Source of the DNA: Eubacteriales bacterium
Lineage (GTDB): Bacteria > Bacillota > Clostridia > Oscillospirales > CAG-272
Direction: 5' to 3'
NCBI GenBank assembly: GCA_045604985.1
Contig: JAZUPD010000018.1
Location: 57,793 to 121,792, forward strand
Length of the DNA stretch: 64,000 nucleotides
Shown: piece by piece, positions 40,548 through 48,551 of the stretch
Position numbering within the stretch: the first letter of the stretch is position 1
How the letters are laid out: the number at the start of each line of letters is the position of its first letter
Position numbers and translations under genes: made by a program
Notes under the pieces: generated by a model
The model's database searches: none
What the model was told of the DNA's origin: nothing
Seen by the model: only the letters and a program-made list of their open reading frames with translations

Positions 40548-41714
40548 TCATTCTTCACTATCGGGTTCTTCGCCTTCGTTATTTGTGCGCCTTTTTGGGG
40601 AACTGATTACCTTAACCGAGTCTCTGTGATAAAACTTGGGAGCGACGTCGGCTTTGTCATTAAGCCTTACTTTTATAAGGCCTGCAAGGGGGCTTGTTTC
40701 TATAACGGTGCCAACTCCGTCTTCTGTTTTGACAACGGAATCAACGGGCGGGGTGAGCTTTATCTCTGCTTCATAGGTGTCGTGTTCATAGCGCAAACAG
40801 CACATAAGCCTTCCGCATGAGCCGGAGATCTTTGTAGAATTAAGTGAAAGATTTTGCTCCTTTGCCATTTTTATAGAAACCTGAACGAAATCCGAAAGGA
40901 AGCTTGCACAGCAGAGTGGTCTGCCGCAAACTCCAAGACCGCCCATGAGCTTTGCCTCGTCTCTTATACCTATCTGTCTTAGCTCTATTCTCGTGTGGAA
41001 TACAGATGCAAGGTCCTTAACAAGCTCTCTGAAATCGACTCTTCCCGAGCTTGTGAAATAGAAAAGAAGCTTACTATTATCAAAAGTATATTCAACATCC
41101 ACCAGCTTCATGTCAAGACCGTGTTCAGCAATCTTTGAGAGACAAATGGAAAATGCCTCATTTTCCTTTTTTCTGTTTTCCTCACCGTGGCGTATGTCCT
41201 CCGCCGTTGCAATCCTGATTACAGGCCGGAGAGGCTGAACTATGTCCTTTTCTCTTACCATTCTATTGGCGCAGGCAACATCTCCAAGCTCCTGACCTCT
41301 TGCGGTCTCAACTATTGCAACGTCACCGAGGCGAAGCTTAAAGTTGCCCGGCGCAAAATAATATACCTTTCCCGCTTTTTTGAACCTTACACCAACCACC
41401 TCAACCTTTGGCGAATCATCATTTTCAGGGGCTTCGTCGATAAGGAGAGTAGCATCGTCCGAGAGATCAACAGTTACGGAATACTCGGTGGCTTCGACGG
41501 GGTCAGTTACATTTACCTCGGAAACACTTTTTTGTGTTATTTCTTCGGTGTGAGAAGAAATAATCTCATTTTTAAAAGGCTGATCTTCTCTTTTTTCATT
41601 ATTTTTGTTACGCTCGAAGTGATGTTTTTTGTTGTAGCCTTTTCCGTGGTAGCCTTTGTTCTTTTGATGTCGCAGATTTGTATTTTTAGGTGCCTGATTT
41701 TCGCTGTTATTCAT
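40548..41714 (-). CDS. ricT: PSP1-domain protein RicT/YaaT (stage 0 sporulation / RNase Y-associated Ric complex subunit) with extended N-terminus
   Basis: PSP1 core: VVGVRFKKAGKVYYFAPG, VIVETARGQELGDV, RELVKDLASVFHTRIELRQIG and the Cys cluster GVCGRPLCCASF...CGRLMCCLRYE. I prefer the ATG at 41714 (MNNSEN), which follows GGAGAA. The ORF track starts at 41726. Confidence 0.85.
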   Translation of the reverse strand: MNNSENQAPKNTNLRHQKNKGYHGKGYNKKHHFERNKNNEKREDQPFKNEIISSHTEEITQKSVSEVNVTDPVEATEYSVTVDLSDDATLLIDEAPENDDSPKVEVVGVRFKKAGKVYYFAPGNFKLRLGDVAIVETARGQELGDVACANRMVREKDIVQPLRPVIRIATAEDIRHGEENRKKENEAFSICLSKIAEHGLDMKLVDVEYTFDNSKLLFYFTSSGRVDFRELVKDLASVFHTRIELRQIGIRDEAKLMGGLGVCGRPLCCASFLSDFVQVSIKMAKEQNLSLNSTKISGSCGRLMCCLRYEHDTYEAEIKLTPPVDSVVKTEDGVGTVIETSPLAGLIKVRLNDKADVAPKFYHRDSVKVISSPKRRTNNEGEEPDSEE

Positions 41715-41739
41715 ATATTTCTCCATTATAGGTTTATTT

Positions 41740-42771
41740 TTATAGGAGTCCGCATTTTATTGCAAGCTCAAAGAGCGTGAGGCGCACATTTGAATTTGCT
41801 CGAAGTCGGTTCTTTGCATCGTAGATATTGCAGAGAAGATCCATGATGGCGTCGGAATTAAATCTAAGAGAAAGCTCTGCCGCTTCGTCTTCGCTTGTGA
41901 AGAAGCAAAGAGGGGCATTTTCGCTTTTTTTAACTATAATAAGGTCTCTTGCCGCAAGCTCAATCTCTGAAAGCATAAGAGAAAGCTCGTCGCGCTTTTT
42001 GGAAAAGCTTTGGATCATTTCCGCTGTTTTTTTACCGTTTTTTCTCTCTGTTATCTGCAAGATAAAGCTTTTTGCCATGTGCCTTGCCGCAAGAAGCGGG
42101 CGTCTTGTTTTTTCGTCAAGAAGTTCCAGTGCCTGTCCAATGAATCCTCCGGATAGTTTGATGATCTCTTCAAATTCCTCGGGTGACTTTTCTTTAAGTT
42201 CCTTTGCACGCTGCTCCGATGAAAGAATATGATTTGCAACCGCCTCTTCGTGAACAGGTCTCATTCGAAGAATCGGCGCTCGGCTTTTGATGGTTTCAAG
42301 AAGACTTACGGAATTTTCTGCTAGGAGAAGAAAAACTACGAATTTTGGAGGCTCTTCGAGGGTAAGCAGAAAAGCATTTTGCGCCTGCTCGTTCATCAGA
42401 TGAGCATCCTCGATTATATATACCTTCGTATCAAGGTTATTTGGCAGAAGCCTCACGTTGCTTCTGAGGTTTCTTATGACGTCAACTCCCATGCTTGCCT
42501 TGTCTTCCTCGCGAGTTACGGTGATAACGTCGGGTGACTTGTTTGCGAGGATCTTTTTGCATGAGGGACACATGAGGCAGGGAATGGGTTGGGAATTAGC
42601 ATCTAAATTTTCGCAGGAGAGAGCCGCCGCAAGATTTTTTGCGAGGGTGTGCTTTCCCACTCCTCTGGGACCTTCAATGATGTAGGCATGGGACAGAGTC
42701 TTTTCTCTAATGTCATTTGCCAAACGCAAACGAAGCTCGTCGTTTCCGAGAATACTCTCAAAATGCTTCAT
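41740..42771 (-). CDS. holB: DNA polymerase III subunit delta-prime
   Basis: Begins MKHFESILGNDELRLRL, with the P-loop-like IIEGPRGVGKHTLA, the zinc module CLMCPSCKK, and box VYIIEDAHLMN. The ORF-track start at 42975 is rejected because it runs through a terminator and a small gene. The ATG at 42771 follows GGAAAGGA. Confidence 0.85.
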   Translation of the reverse strand: MKHFESILGNDELRLRLANDIREKTLSHAYIIEGPRGVGKHTLAKNLAAALSCENLDANSQPIPCLMCPSCKKILANKSPDVITVTREEDKASMGVDVIRNLRSNVRLLPNNLDTKVYIIEDAHLMNEQAQNAFLLTLEEPPKFVVFLLLAENSVSLLETIKSRAPILRMRPVHEEAVANHILSSEQRAKELKEKSPEEFEEIIKLSGGFIGQALELLDEKTRRPLLAARHMAKSFILQITERKNGKKTAEMIQSFSKKRDELSLMLSEIELAARDLIIVKKSENAPLCFFTSEDEAAELSLRFNSDAIMDLLCNIYDAKNRLRANSNVRLTLFELAIKCGLL

Positions 42772-42810
42772 TTGCACACATCCTTTCCTCTTTTCATAAG
42801 TTCCCTCTAA

Positions 42811-42839
42811 ATTATAACAAAAAAAAGCCGATATGTCAA
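42811..42839 (-). promoter_or_regulatory. Sigma-70-type promoter of the holB-ricT cluster (TTGACA-17-TATAAT on the minus strand)
   Basis: Minus strand: TTGACA (42839-42834), a 17-nt spacer, and TATAAT (42816-42811). Confidence 0.55.
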
Positions 42840-42883
42840 TAGAGAATGTTTGGAGACGAGAAGAAGAGAGGTGACCGTCACCT

Positions 42884-42919
42884 ATAAAAAGCACCGAGGC
42901 TGAGCAATGCTCAGCCTCG
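42884..42919 (-). terminator. Rho-independent terminator of the small peptide gene
   Basis: CGAGGCTGAGCA / TGCTCAGCCTCG palindrome (42895-42919), followed on the minus strand by GTGCTTTTTAT. Confidence 0.7.
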
Positions 42920-42926
42920 TCATTAT

Positions 42927-43019
42927 TTAGCAGTGGCAGCAGGAGATAAGAAGTATGGCAATGATTATGAGCCAAATGATGTTGTTGTCGTCAAAAAGGT
43001 TGCAAAGGCAGTTATTCAT
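42927..43019 (-). CDS. Small Cys-rich membrane peptide (30 aa), absent from the ORF track
   Basis: Manual translation gives MNNCLCNLFDDNNIIWLIIIAILLISCCHC. A strong RBS (GGAGGAA) sits 7 nt upstream of the ATG. TAA stop, its own terminator directly downstream, and a candidate promoter upstream. Confidence 0.6.
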   Translation of the reverse strand: MNNCLCNLFDDNNIIWLIIIAILLISCCHC

Positions 43020-43113
43020 AAAGAGTTCCTCCAAAAATTTTTGAGAGTTTTTGCCTCTCTGTTAGTATAATATGTCGCTATTAAGTTTTTGTTACCGTTT
43101 TTTGTCGTTATTC

Positions 43114-43142
43114 TTGAAAAAATAAAAGTAATGTGATAAAAT
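43114..43142 (+). promoter_or_regulatory. Promoter of luxS-mtnN (TTGAAA-17-TGaTAAAAT)
   Basis: TTGAAA at 43114-43119, a 17-nt spacer ending in TGa (extended -10), and TAAAAT at 43137-43142. Confidence 0.5.
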
Positions 43143-43174
43143 GTATAGAGAAAACGAATGCGGAGGAATACAAG

Positions 43175-43654
43175 ATGAATAATCCAAGCAGAATTGAATC
43201 CTTTAAAGTTGATCACGACTATATAATTCCGGGATTTTATGTTTCCCGCCGTGATGGGGATATCACCACTTACGATATGAGAACCAGACATCCCAATATG
43301 GGCGATTACATGGACGACAGAACCATGCATTCGGTCGAGCATATGTTTGCAACCTTTATACGGTCCTCGGAGATAGGCGAAAAAGTTATATATTTTGGTC
43401 CTATGGGGTGCCAGACGGGATTTTATCTCCTTGTAAGAGACGCCGTTGATAGGGAAGTGCTGGACGTTGTCAAAAAGGTCCTAAAGAGAATAACCGCCCA
43501 TGACGGTGAAATGTTTGGCGCAAGCCGAAAGGAATGTGGAAACTACATGAATCTGTCTCTTGACAATGCAAAAAAGGAATGTAAGAGCTATCTGGATGCG
43601 CTTGAAGCCAATAAAAATACAGATTTTAAATATCCTACGGAGGAAGTAAAATGA
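43175..43654 (+). CDS. luxS: S-ribosylhomocysteine lyase
   Basis: 159 aa from the ATG at 43175, which follows GGAGGAA. Contains FKVDHDYIIPGFYVSRRD, the metal-binding HSVEHMFATFIR (HxxEH) and GPMGCQTGFY. Confidence 0.92.
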   Translation: MNNPSRIESFKVDHDYIIPGFYVSRRDGDITTYDMRTRHPNMGDYMDDRTMHSVEHMFATFIRSSEIGEKVIYFGPMGCQTGFYLLVRDAVDREVLDVVKKVLKRITAHDGEMFGASRKECGNYMNLSLDNAKKECKSYLDALEANKNTDFKYPTEEVK

Positions 43655-44349
43655 GAATAGGAATAATAGGCGCAATGTCATGCGAGACGGAGACTCTTTG
43701 CGGGATGCTTTCAGATGCTTCGCAGGAAAAGATAAGCGGAGTGGAATATCATAGCGGTAAACTGATGGGACACGATGCTGTTATCGCCACCTGCGGAATA
43801 GGAAAGGTTTTTGCCGCTATTTGTGCCCAGACTATGATACTTAAATATTCACCCGATATTATCATAAATACCGGTGTTGCGGGGACGCTGACAGACCAGC
43901 TTTCCGTCTGCGACGTGGCACTTTCAACAAGCGTTGTTCAGCACGATATGGATACGAGTGCAATAGGAGACCCCATTGGACTTATTTCGGGAATAAATAT
44001 CGTAAATATCCCCGCCTCGGAGGAGCTTTGCAAAAAGGCACAGAAGGCTGCAGGGGCTGTTGGGCTTAAAGCTGTTTCGGGAACTATTGCATCGGGAGAC
44101 GTTTTTGTTGCCGAGGAGGGCAGAAAGGCATTTATACGAGATATGTTTTCAGCGATTGCCTGCGAGATGGAGGGGGCAAGCATAGGACAGGTTTGTTATG
44201 TGAATTCTGTGCCGTTTGTCGTTATTCGCGCCATTTCCGACGGAGGAGATGAAGCAGCGGCAATGAGCTATGATAAATTCGTTAGGATTGCCGCAGAAAA
44301 TTCTGTGAAGCTTCTTTGCGAGATGATGAAGACACCTTTTCAGACGTGA
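43651..44349 (+). CDS. mtnN: 5'-methylthioadenosine / S-adenosylhomocysteine nucleosidase
   Basis: 232 aa beginning MRIGIIGAM, with CGIGKV, IACEMEGASIGQV and RAISD. ATGA overlap with luxS. Confidence 0.9.
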   Translation: MRIGIIGAMSCETETLCGMLSDASQEKISGVEYHSGKLMGHDAVIATCGIGKVFAAICAQTMILKYSPDIIINTGVAGTLTDQLSVCDVALSTSVVQHDMDTSAIGDPIGLISGINIVNIPASEELCKKAQKAAGAVGLKAVSGTIASGDVFVAEEGRKAFIRDMFSAIACEMEGASIGQVCYVNSVPFVVIRAISDGGDEAAAMSYDKFVRIAAENSVKLLCEMMKTPFQT

Positions 44350-44365
44350 ATATTTAAGGTGAAAA

Positions 44366-44905
44366 ATGAAAGACGAAAAGAAAATTTATAAAATGGTACT
44401 GTCTGCCTTCTTTTTAGCTTTGGCATATGTTTTACCTTTCCTTACCGGACAGATACCCGAGATTGGCTCAATGCTCTGCCCCATGCATATTCCAGTCCTT
44501 CTTTGCGGCTTTGTCTGCGGTTGGCCATGGGGACTTGCTGTGGGCTTTATAGCTCCTGTTTTTCGCTCGCTCATCATGGGAATGCCACCTTTTTTACCTT
44601 ATGCTCTTGCTATGGCATTTGAGCTTGCTGCATACGGTGCTTTTTCGGGATTTATGCATAGATATCTACCAAAAAGAAAACCATTTATCTATTTTTCGCT
44701 TCTCATCGCAATGATAGCAGGCAGACTTGTATGGGGAGCGGCAATGTTCATTCTTGCTGGTATAAAGGGCGAAGGCTTTACTATTTCCGCCTTCCTTGCG
44801 GGAGCTATTACAAATGCTCTCCCGGGCATAATAATTCAGATAATTTTAATACCCGTTTTAGTTATGATAATCGACAGCCCAAAAATTCTTAAATTGAGGA
44901 ATTGA
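44366..44905 (+). CDS. ECF transporter S component (substrate unknown)
   Basis: 179 aa with about 5-6 TM segments. ECF S-component-like pattern (LCPMHIPVLLCGFVCGWPWG). Directly downstream of mtnN and 1 nt upstream of the kinase-like gene. Confidence 0.6.
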   Translation: MKDEKKIYKMVLSAFFLALAYVLPFLTGQIPEIGSMLCPMHIPVLLCGFVCGWPWGLAVGFIAPVFRSLIMGMPPFLPYALAMAFELAAYGAFSGFMHRYLPKRKPFIYFSLLIAMIAGRLVWGAAMFILAGIKGEGFTISAFLAGAITNALPGIIIQIILIPVLVMIIDSPKILKLRN

Positions 44906-44906
44906 T

Positions 44907-45989
44907 ATGAAAAACAGCACAATGCTGCAGAACGTCAGAACTCGTGAACTTCTGAAAAAGCATCAGCAGACATATTCGGAGCTTCAAATTGAAGACGTTT
45001 TTAAATATATTTTCCAGAGTGCCTTTGGCTGCGAGCATCTTGTGAAGGACGAGGAAGCAGCGATAAACTATATAAAAAGCGAGTTTTCAGCAATGGAAAG
45101 CACGAGCATTATACCACTGGAAGAACTTGACGGGGAATATAGCAGAGCTTCTCTATCATTGCTCTCGGATGGAATGAGAGCAGAAACGCTCGGAAAGCTC
45201 TTTTGCCTTTCGGCAAAAAATGAGCCAAACGGCATGGATGCGCTGATTTGCAAGCTGAAAATTGCAAGAGATATGGTGTTTGATGGCGAATTGCCTTTTT
45301 CCGCAGACGATTTTGACAGAAGAATGGGTGAATGGTCGACCTCTTGCTATGGTGCGGTGCATCATTCAGAGATTTTTCGAGCCAAATATAACCCCCATTA
45401 TCGCGTAATTTCAAATAGATATGCCCCTTTTCTCCCCTTTTTTTCAGAAATCGACAAGCTTATATCCAAAGGCAGAGCAATAATTGCAATAGAGGGCGGG
45501 AGTGCAAGCGGAAAAACCACTCTTGCGGGAATGCTTGCGGAAATTTACGATTGCAATGTGTTCCATATGGACGATTTTTTCTTGCGTCCCGAGCAACGCA
45601 CACCGGAACGCTTATCCGAGGTTGGCGGTAATGTTGACAAGGAGCGTTTCCTTTCAGAGGTGCTTATTCCTCTTTCGGAAAACAGGGAGGTTTGCTTTAG
45701 AAGATTCGATTGCTCATCTCAGTCTCTGGAAAGTCCCATTACAGTCTTTCCCAAAAGGCTGGTATTTGTAGAGGGTGCATATTCTATGCATCCTTCACTT
45801 GCAAAATACTATGATTTTTCCCTTTTTCTCGATATAGCCCCCGAGTGTCAAAGAGAGAGGATATTCCTGCGAAATTCACGTCAATTTGCAAAGCGTTTTT
45901 TTGATGAATGGATCCCGCTTGAGATTCTTTACTTTTCGGAAACGAAAATAAAGGATCGCTGTGATATGACGATCTCCGTTAATTTCTGA
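44907..45989 (+). CDS. Uridine-kinase/PRK-family P-loop kinase with an uncharacterised ~190-aa N-terminal domain
   Basis: The C-terminal half has Walker A IAIEGGSASGKTTLA and the uridine-kinase-like FHMDDFF. I did not recognise the N-terminal half (FKYIFQSAFGCEHLV ... GAVHHSEIF). Confidence 0.6.
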   Translation: MKNSTMLQNVRTRELLKKHQQTYSELQIEDVFKYIFQSAFGCEHLVKDEEAAINYIKSEFSAMESTSIIPLEELDGEYSRASLSLLSDGMRAETLGKLFCLSAKNEPNGMDALICKLKIARDMVFDGELPFSADDFDRRMGEWSTSCYGAVHHSEIFRAKYNPHYRVISNRYAPFLPFFSEIDKLISKGRAIIAIEGGSASGKTTLAGMLAEIYDCNVFHMDDFFLRPEQRTPERLSEVGGNVDKERFLSEVLIPLSENREVCFRRFDCSSQSLESPITVFPKRLVFVEGAYSMHPSLAKYYDFSLFLDIAPECQRERIFLRNSRQFAKRFFDEWIPLEILYFSETKIKDRCDMTISVNF

Positions 45990-46045
45990 AAACATCGGAT
46001 ACGCAAGGTGGAATAGAAGAACGATTTCAGCAAAAATATATCTAA

Positions 46046-46082
46046 AAAGGACGCAAAGCCTTATATTGGCTTTGCGTCCTTT
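46046..46082. terminator. Bidirectional terminator between convergent genes
   Basis: AAAGGACGCAAAGCC-ttatatt-GGCTTTGCGTCCTTT, with A/T runs on both sides. Confidence 0.75.
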
Positions 46083-46237
46083 CAGCATTTTCATTTCTAT
46101 ATGAGCGTAGCAACAGTGCTTTGATAGGGATTTTTTAAAGCTTGTCAAGGACGTTCGCCCTTTCCTTGCTTTGTAGTAGGATCACTATGTTCTAAACAAA
46201 AAACGATATAAAGCTTTTGCTTTAGTAACAGTTTTGG

Positions 46238-47008
46238 TTAAAGCTGTTTTTTATTGAAGACGGGGATGCTGATAGATATAAGGGCGACGCTGATTATAAA
46301 AGTAATAATAATTGTTGCAAAATAATCGCTTGCATTTTCCGCTCCGACGAGCAATTTTCCACTGTTCATAAGAGACGTTGGGAGATATTTTGCGGTTTTT
46401 GGGACGATCCCAATAATATATAGACAAAAAATACTACCGCCCGTGCCTACAAGCACCATGCCACTATTCCTTGCCAAAACCGAGAAGAAAACGGTAAGGG
46501 CTATGGTAAATATCCCGAAAATGAAGCAATTTAAAACAGCGGGGAAAAGTCCGAGGGCAATGCTGTTATCCCAAAAATAAGCGTTATAGGCATAAGTGAT
46601 GCCAAAGCAGAACCAATAACCCACCGTCCATACGACAAACATCAAAAGTGACTTGGCAAGCAGAGCTTTATATCGTGCAAGACCCTTTGTGAGAATGAGC
46701 ACCAGAGTTCCGGATTCATATTCCTTTGTAAAGATTCCGCTGTAAATGAGAACAAATGCGATAAGAGCCATGGGAATATTCTTGAAAAACTGCGTCCATG
46801 AGGTCAGTGCATCAACCGTAACCTCATTTATCGCCATTCCGCTTGCCGAAAGCTCCTCAGAGAGCATTTCCATAAGAAAAGGAGTCAGCTTTGCAACGGC
46901 AGGATTCATTATTCCGAAGGCAAAAAACAGTATGCCGAGTATCAACAAATTTCCGTTTCTCATGCTCTCAAGAAGTTCTTTTCTAAAAAAAGAAATGAAT
47001 GACCTCAT
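46238..47008 (-). CDS. ABC-2 family transporter permease
   Basis: 256 aa with 6 TM segments. ATGA overlap with the upstream ATPase gene. Confidence 0.8.
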   Translation of the reverse strand: MRSFISFFRKELLESMRNGNLLILGILFFAFGIMNPAVAKLTPFLMEMLSEELSASGMAINEVTVDALTSWTQFFKNIPMALIAFVLIYSGIFTKEYESGTLVLILTKGLARYKALLAKSLLMFVVWTVGYWFCFGITYAYNAYFWDNSIALGLFPAVLNCFIFGIFTIALTVFFSVLARNSGMVLVGTGGSIFCLYIIGIVPKTAKYLPTSLMNSGKLLVGAENASDYFATIIITFIISVALISISIPVFNKKQL

Positions 47009-47919
47009 TTTTTCGCCACCTCCGCAAATAGAGATTCAAGGGACGGCTCTATGCGCTCGATCTTACGCAGAGGGAGCCGACTTTGGCTTATGAAATCAAG
47101 GACTTTTGACATTTTTTCTTCACCGACTGAAAAAATCAGGCGGTCATTTTCTTCCGTGCAGTCACTCGGAAAGGCCTTTTTCAGCTTTTCCATGCTCTCG
47201 GTATCAAGCATTTCTGCACAAAATTTTTCTGAAATACCATGAGCGCGCTTGAGTTCCTCCACCGTGCCTTGAATTTGTATTTTTCCGTTATGAAGAAGTG
47301 CGACCTCGGTGCAGATGCGCTCAATATCCGACAAAATATGGCTGGAAAAAATAACCGTTGTTCTATCTCTTACCGAAAGAAGAATGTCAAGGATCTCCTT
47401 TCTGCCTATGGGGTCAAGGGCACTTGTTGGCTCATCGCAGATGAGGAGCTTGGGATTGCAGAGAAGTGCCTGAGCAATACCAAGTCTTTGCTTCATTCCC
47501 CTTGAAAACCCCTTTATGCGATGCTTTTCCTCCGAAAGTCCAACCAGCGAAAGAAGCTCCTCAGTCCTCTCCGATATTTCTTCCTTTTTCATGCCAAGTA
47601 TCTTGCCACAGAGCGTCAGATATTCACGGGCATACATAAAAGGATAAAATTCCGGCACATCGGGCAGATATCCGATATTGCGGTTAGTCTTTGTTTCGCC
47701 GTAAGCAACCTTTTTACCGCACACGTATATTTCTCCGTCGTCAATACGGAGAAGCCCCAGAATAGCCTTCATTGCGGTTGTTTTTCCCGCACCGTTTCTG
47801 CCAACGAAGCCGAAAATACTGTGCTCGGGGATGGAAAGGTCCAGCCCCATGAGAACATCCTTATCACCAAAACTCTTTTTTATATTATTTATCCTTAAAA
47901 TTTCCATATTATGAGTCAT
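47005..47919 (-). CDS. ABC transporter ATP-binding protein (ABC-2 type)
   Basis: Walker A GRNGAGKTT, signature FSRGMKQRL, Walker B LLICDEPTSALD. The start is uncertain between the ATG at 47919 (MTHNMEIL) and 47907. The ORF-track start at 47955 would overlap the upstream gene by 47 nt. Confidence 0.88.
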   Translation of the reverse strand: MTHNMEILRINNIKKSFGDKDVLMGLDLSIPEHSIFGFVGRNGAGKTTAMKAILGLLRIDDGEIYVCGKKVAYGETKTNRNIGYLPDVPEFYPFMYAREYLTLCGKILGMKKEEISERTEELLSLVGLSEEKHRIKGFSRGMKQRLGIAQALLCNPKLLICDEPTSALDPIGRKEILDILLSVRDRTTVIFSSHILSDIERICTEVALLHNGKIQIQGTVEELKRAHGISEKFCAEMLDTESMEKLKKAFPSDCTEENDRLIFSVGEEKMSKVLDFISQSRLPLRKIERIEPSLESLFAEVAKK

Positions 47920-48112
47920 CTTTTCCGAAAATGAAATAAAGAATAGGACCGACAAAATTCATCAGCACTATCGTTATTATCAGCCAAAGAGTTCTATTTC
48001 CTATTTTGAAATTTTTATGCGTTAAAATGTGATAAAGTGTGTAGCCGAAAAGGGCAAATTGCGCTATAATTATTGGAATTAAAAGGGGCAGAAACTCCAT
48101 TATCTTATCCAT
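47909..48112 (-). CDS. PLDc_N-domain small membrane protein
   Basis: 67 aa with two TM helices and the C-terminal VGPILYFIFG motif, characteristic of the phospholipase-D N-terminal-like small proteins often found upstream of ABC-2 systems. Confidence 0.75.
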   Translation of the reverse strand: MDKIMEFLPLLIPIIIAQFALFGYTLYHILTHKNFKIGNRTLWLIITIVLMNFVGPILYFIFGKDDS

Positions 48113-48491
48113 TTTTTTCTCCTTAAAAATAGTTTTTCGGTGTTTGCCGACTCTGATATCAAAATGATATCATATAAAGCGATGGTTGTCAATAATAAAG
48201 GCAGATAATTTACACTTCGTTAATAGAATATAAAAATAACGGATAGGGATTTGGTGGTTCGCAAATACGAGTGCAGGTCGAGATTTTTGCTAAAGCTTTT
48301 TTAAGCCTTAGTGGTCAAGCGTGAGTGCGCCTGTCGCATCATATATAAAACCGCTGAGATCTGTGGGGCGATCCCCTGCTTTATATATAGTATTTCCATA
48401 TCAATGTAAGTATCCAAATAAACAAAGTCTCTATGCAAAATCGGATATAGTGGAGAAAGGTGAAAAAATATGAGGAAAAGCGATAAAAGAC

Positions 48492-48520
48492 TTGAATACG
48501 GGGTGTTATCGTGGTATAAT
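48492..48520 (+). promoter_or_regulatory. Promoter of the sbcD/sbcC-like operon (TTGAAT-17-TGgTATAAT)
   Basis: TTGAAT at 48492-48497, a 17-nt spacer ending in TGg (extended -10), and TATAAT at 48515-48520. Confidence 0.5.
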
Positions 48521-48551
48521 TAAAATGATAAATATATTTTGGAGTGATTTT

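Noticed and set aside
42772-42975. N-terminal 68-aa extension of holB given by the ORF track (start at 42975)
   Set aside because: The extension would read through a strong terminator hairpin (42895-42919) and the 3' end of the small peptide gene, and through a consensus promoter (42811-42839). The holB homology begins at MKHFESILG, which has a good RBS.
48113-48491. Possible small RNA or gene in the ~380-bp spacer upstream of the sbcD-like operon (small hairpins such as GGGGcgatCCCC near 48364-48375; ORF 48381-48671)
   Set aside because: The stems are short and weak with no proper T-run. I recognised no promoter-terminator pair and no known ncRNA signature. The 96-aa ORF has no RBS and overlaps the real promoter and gene start.
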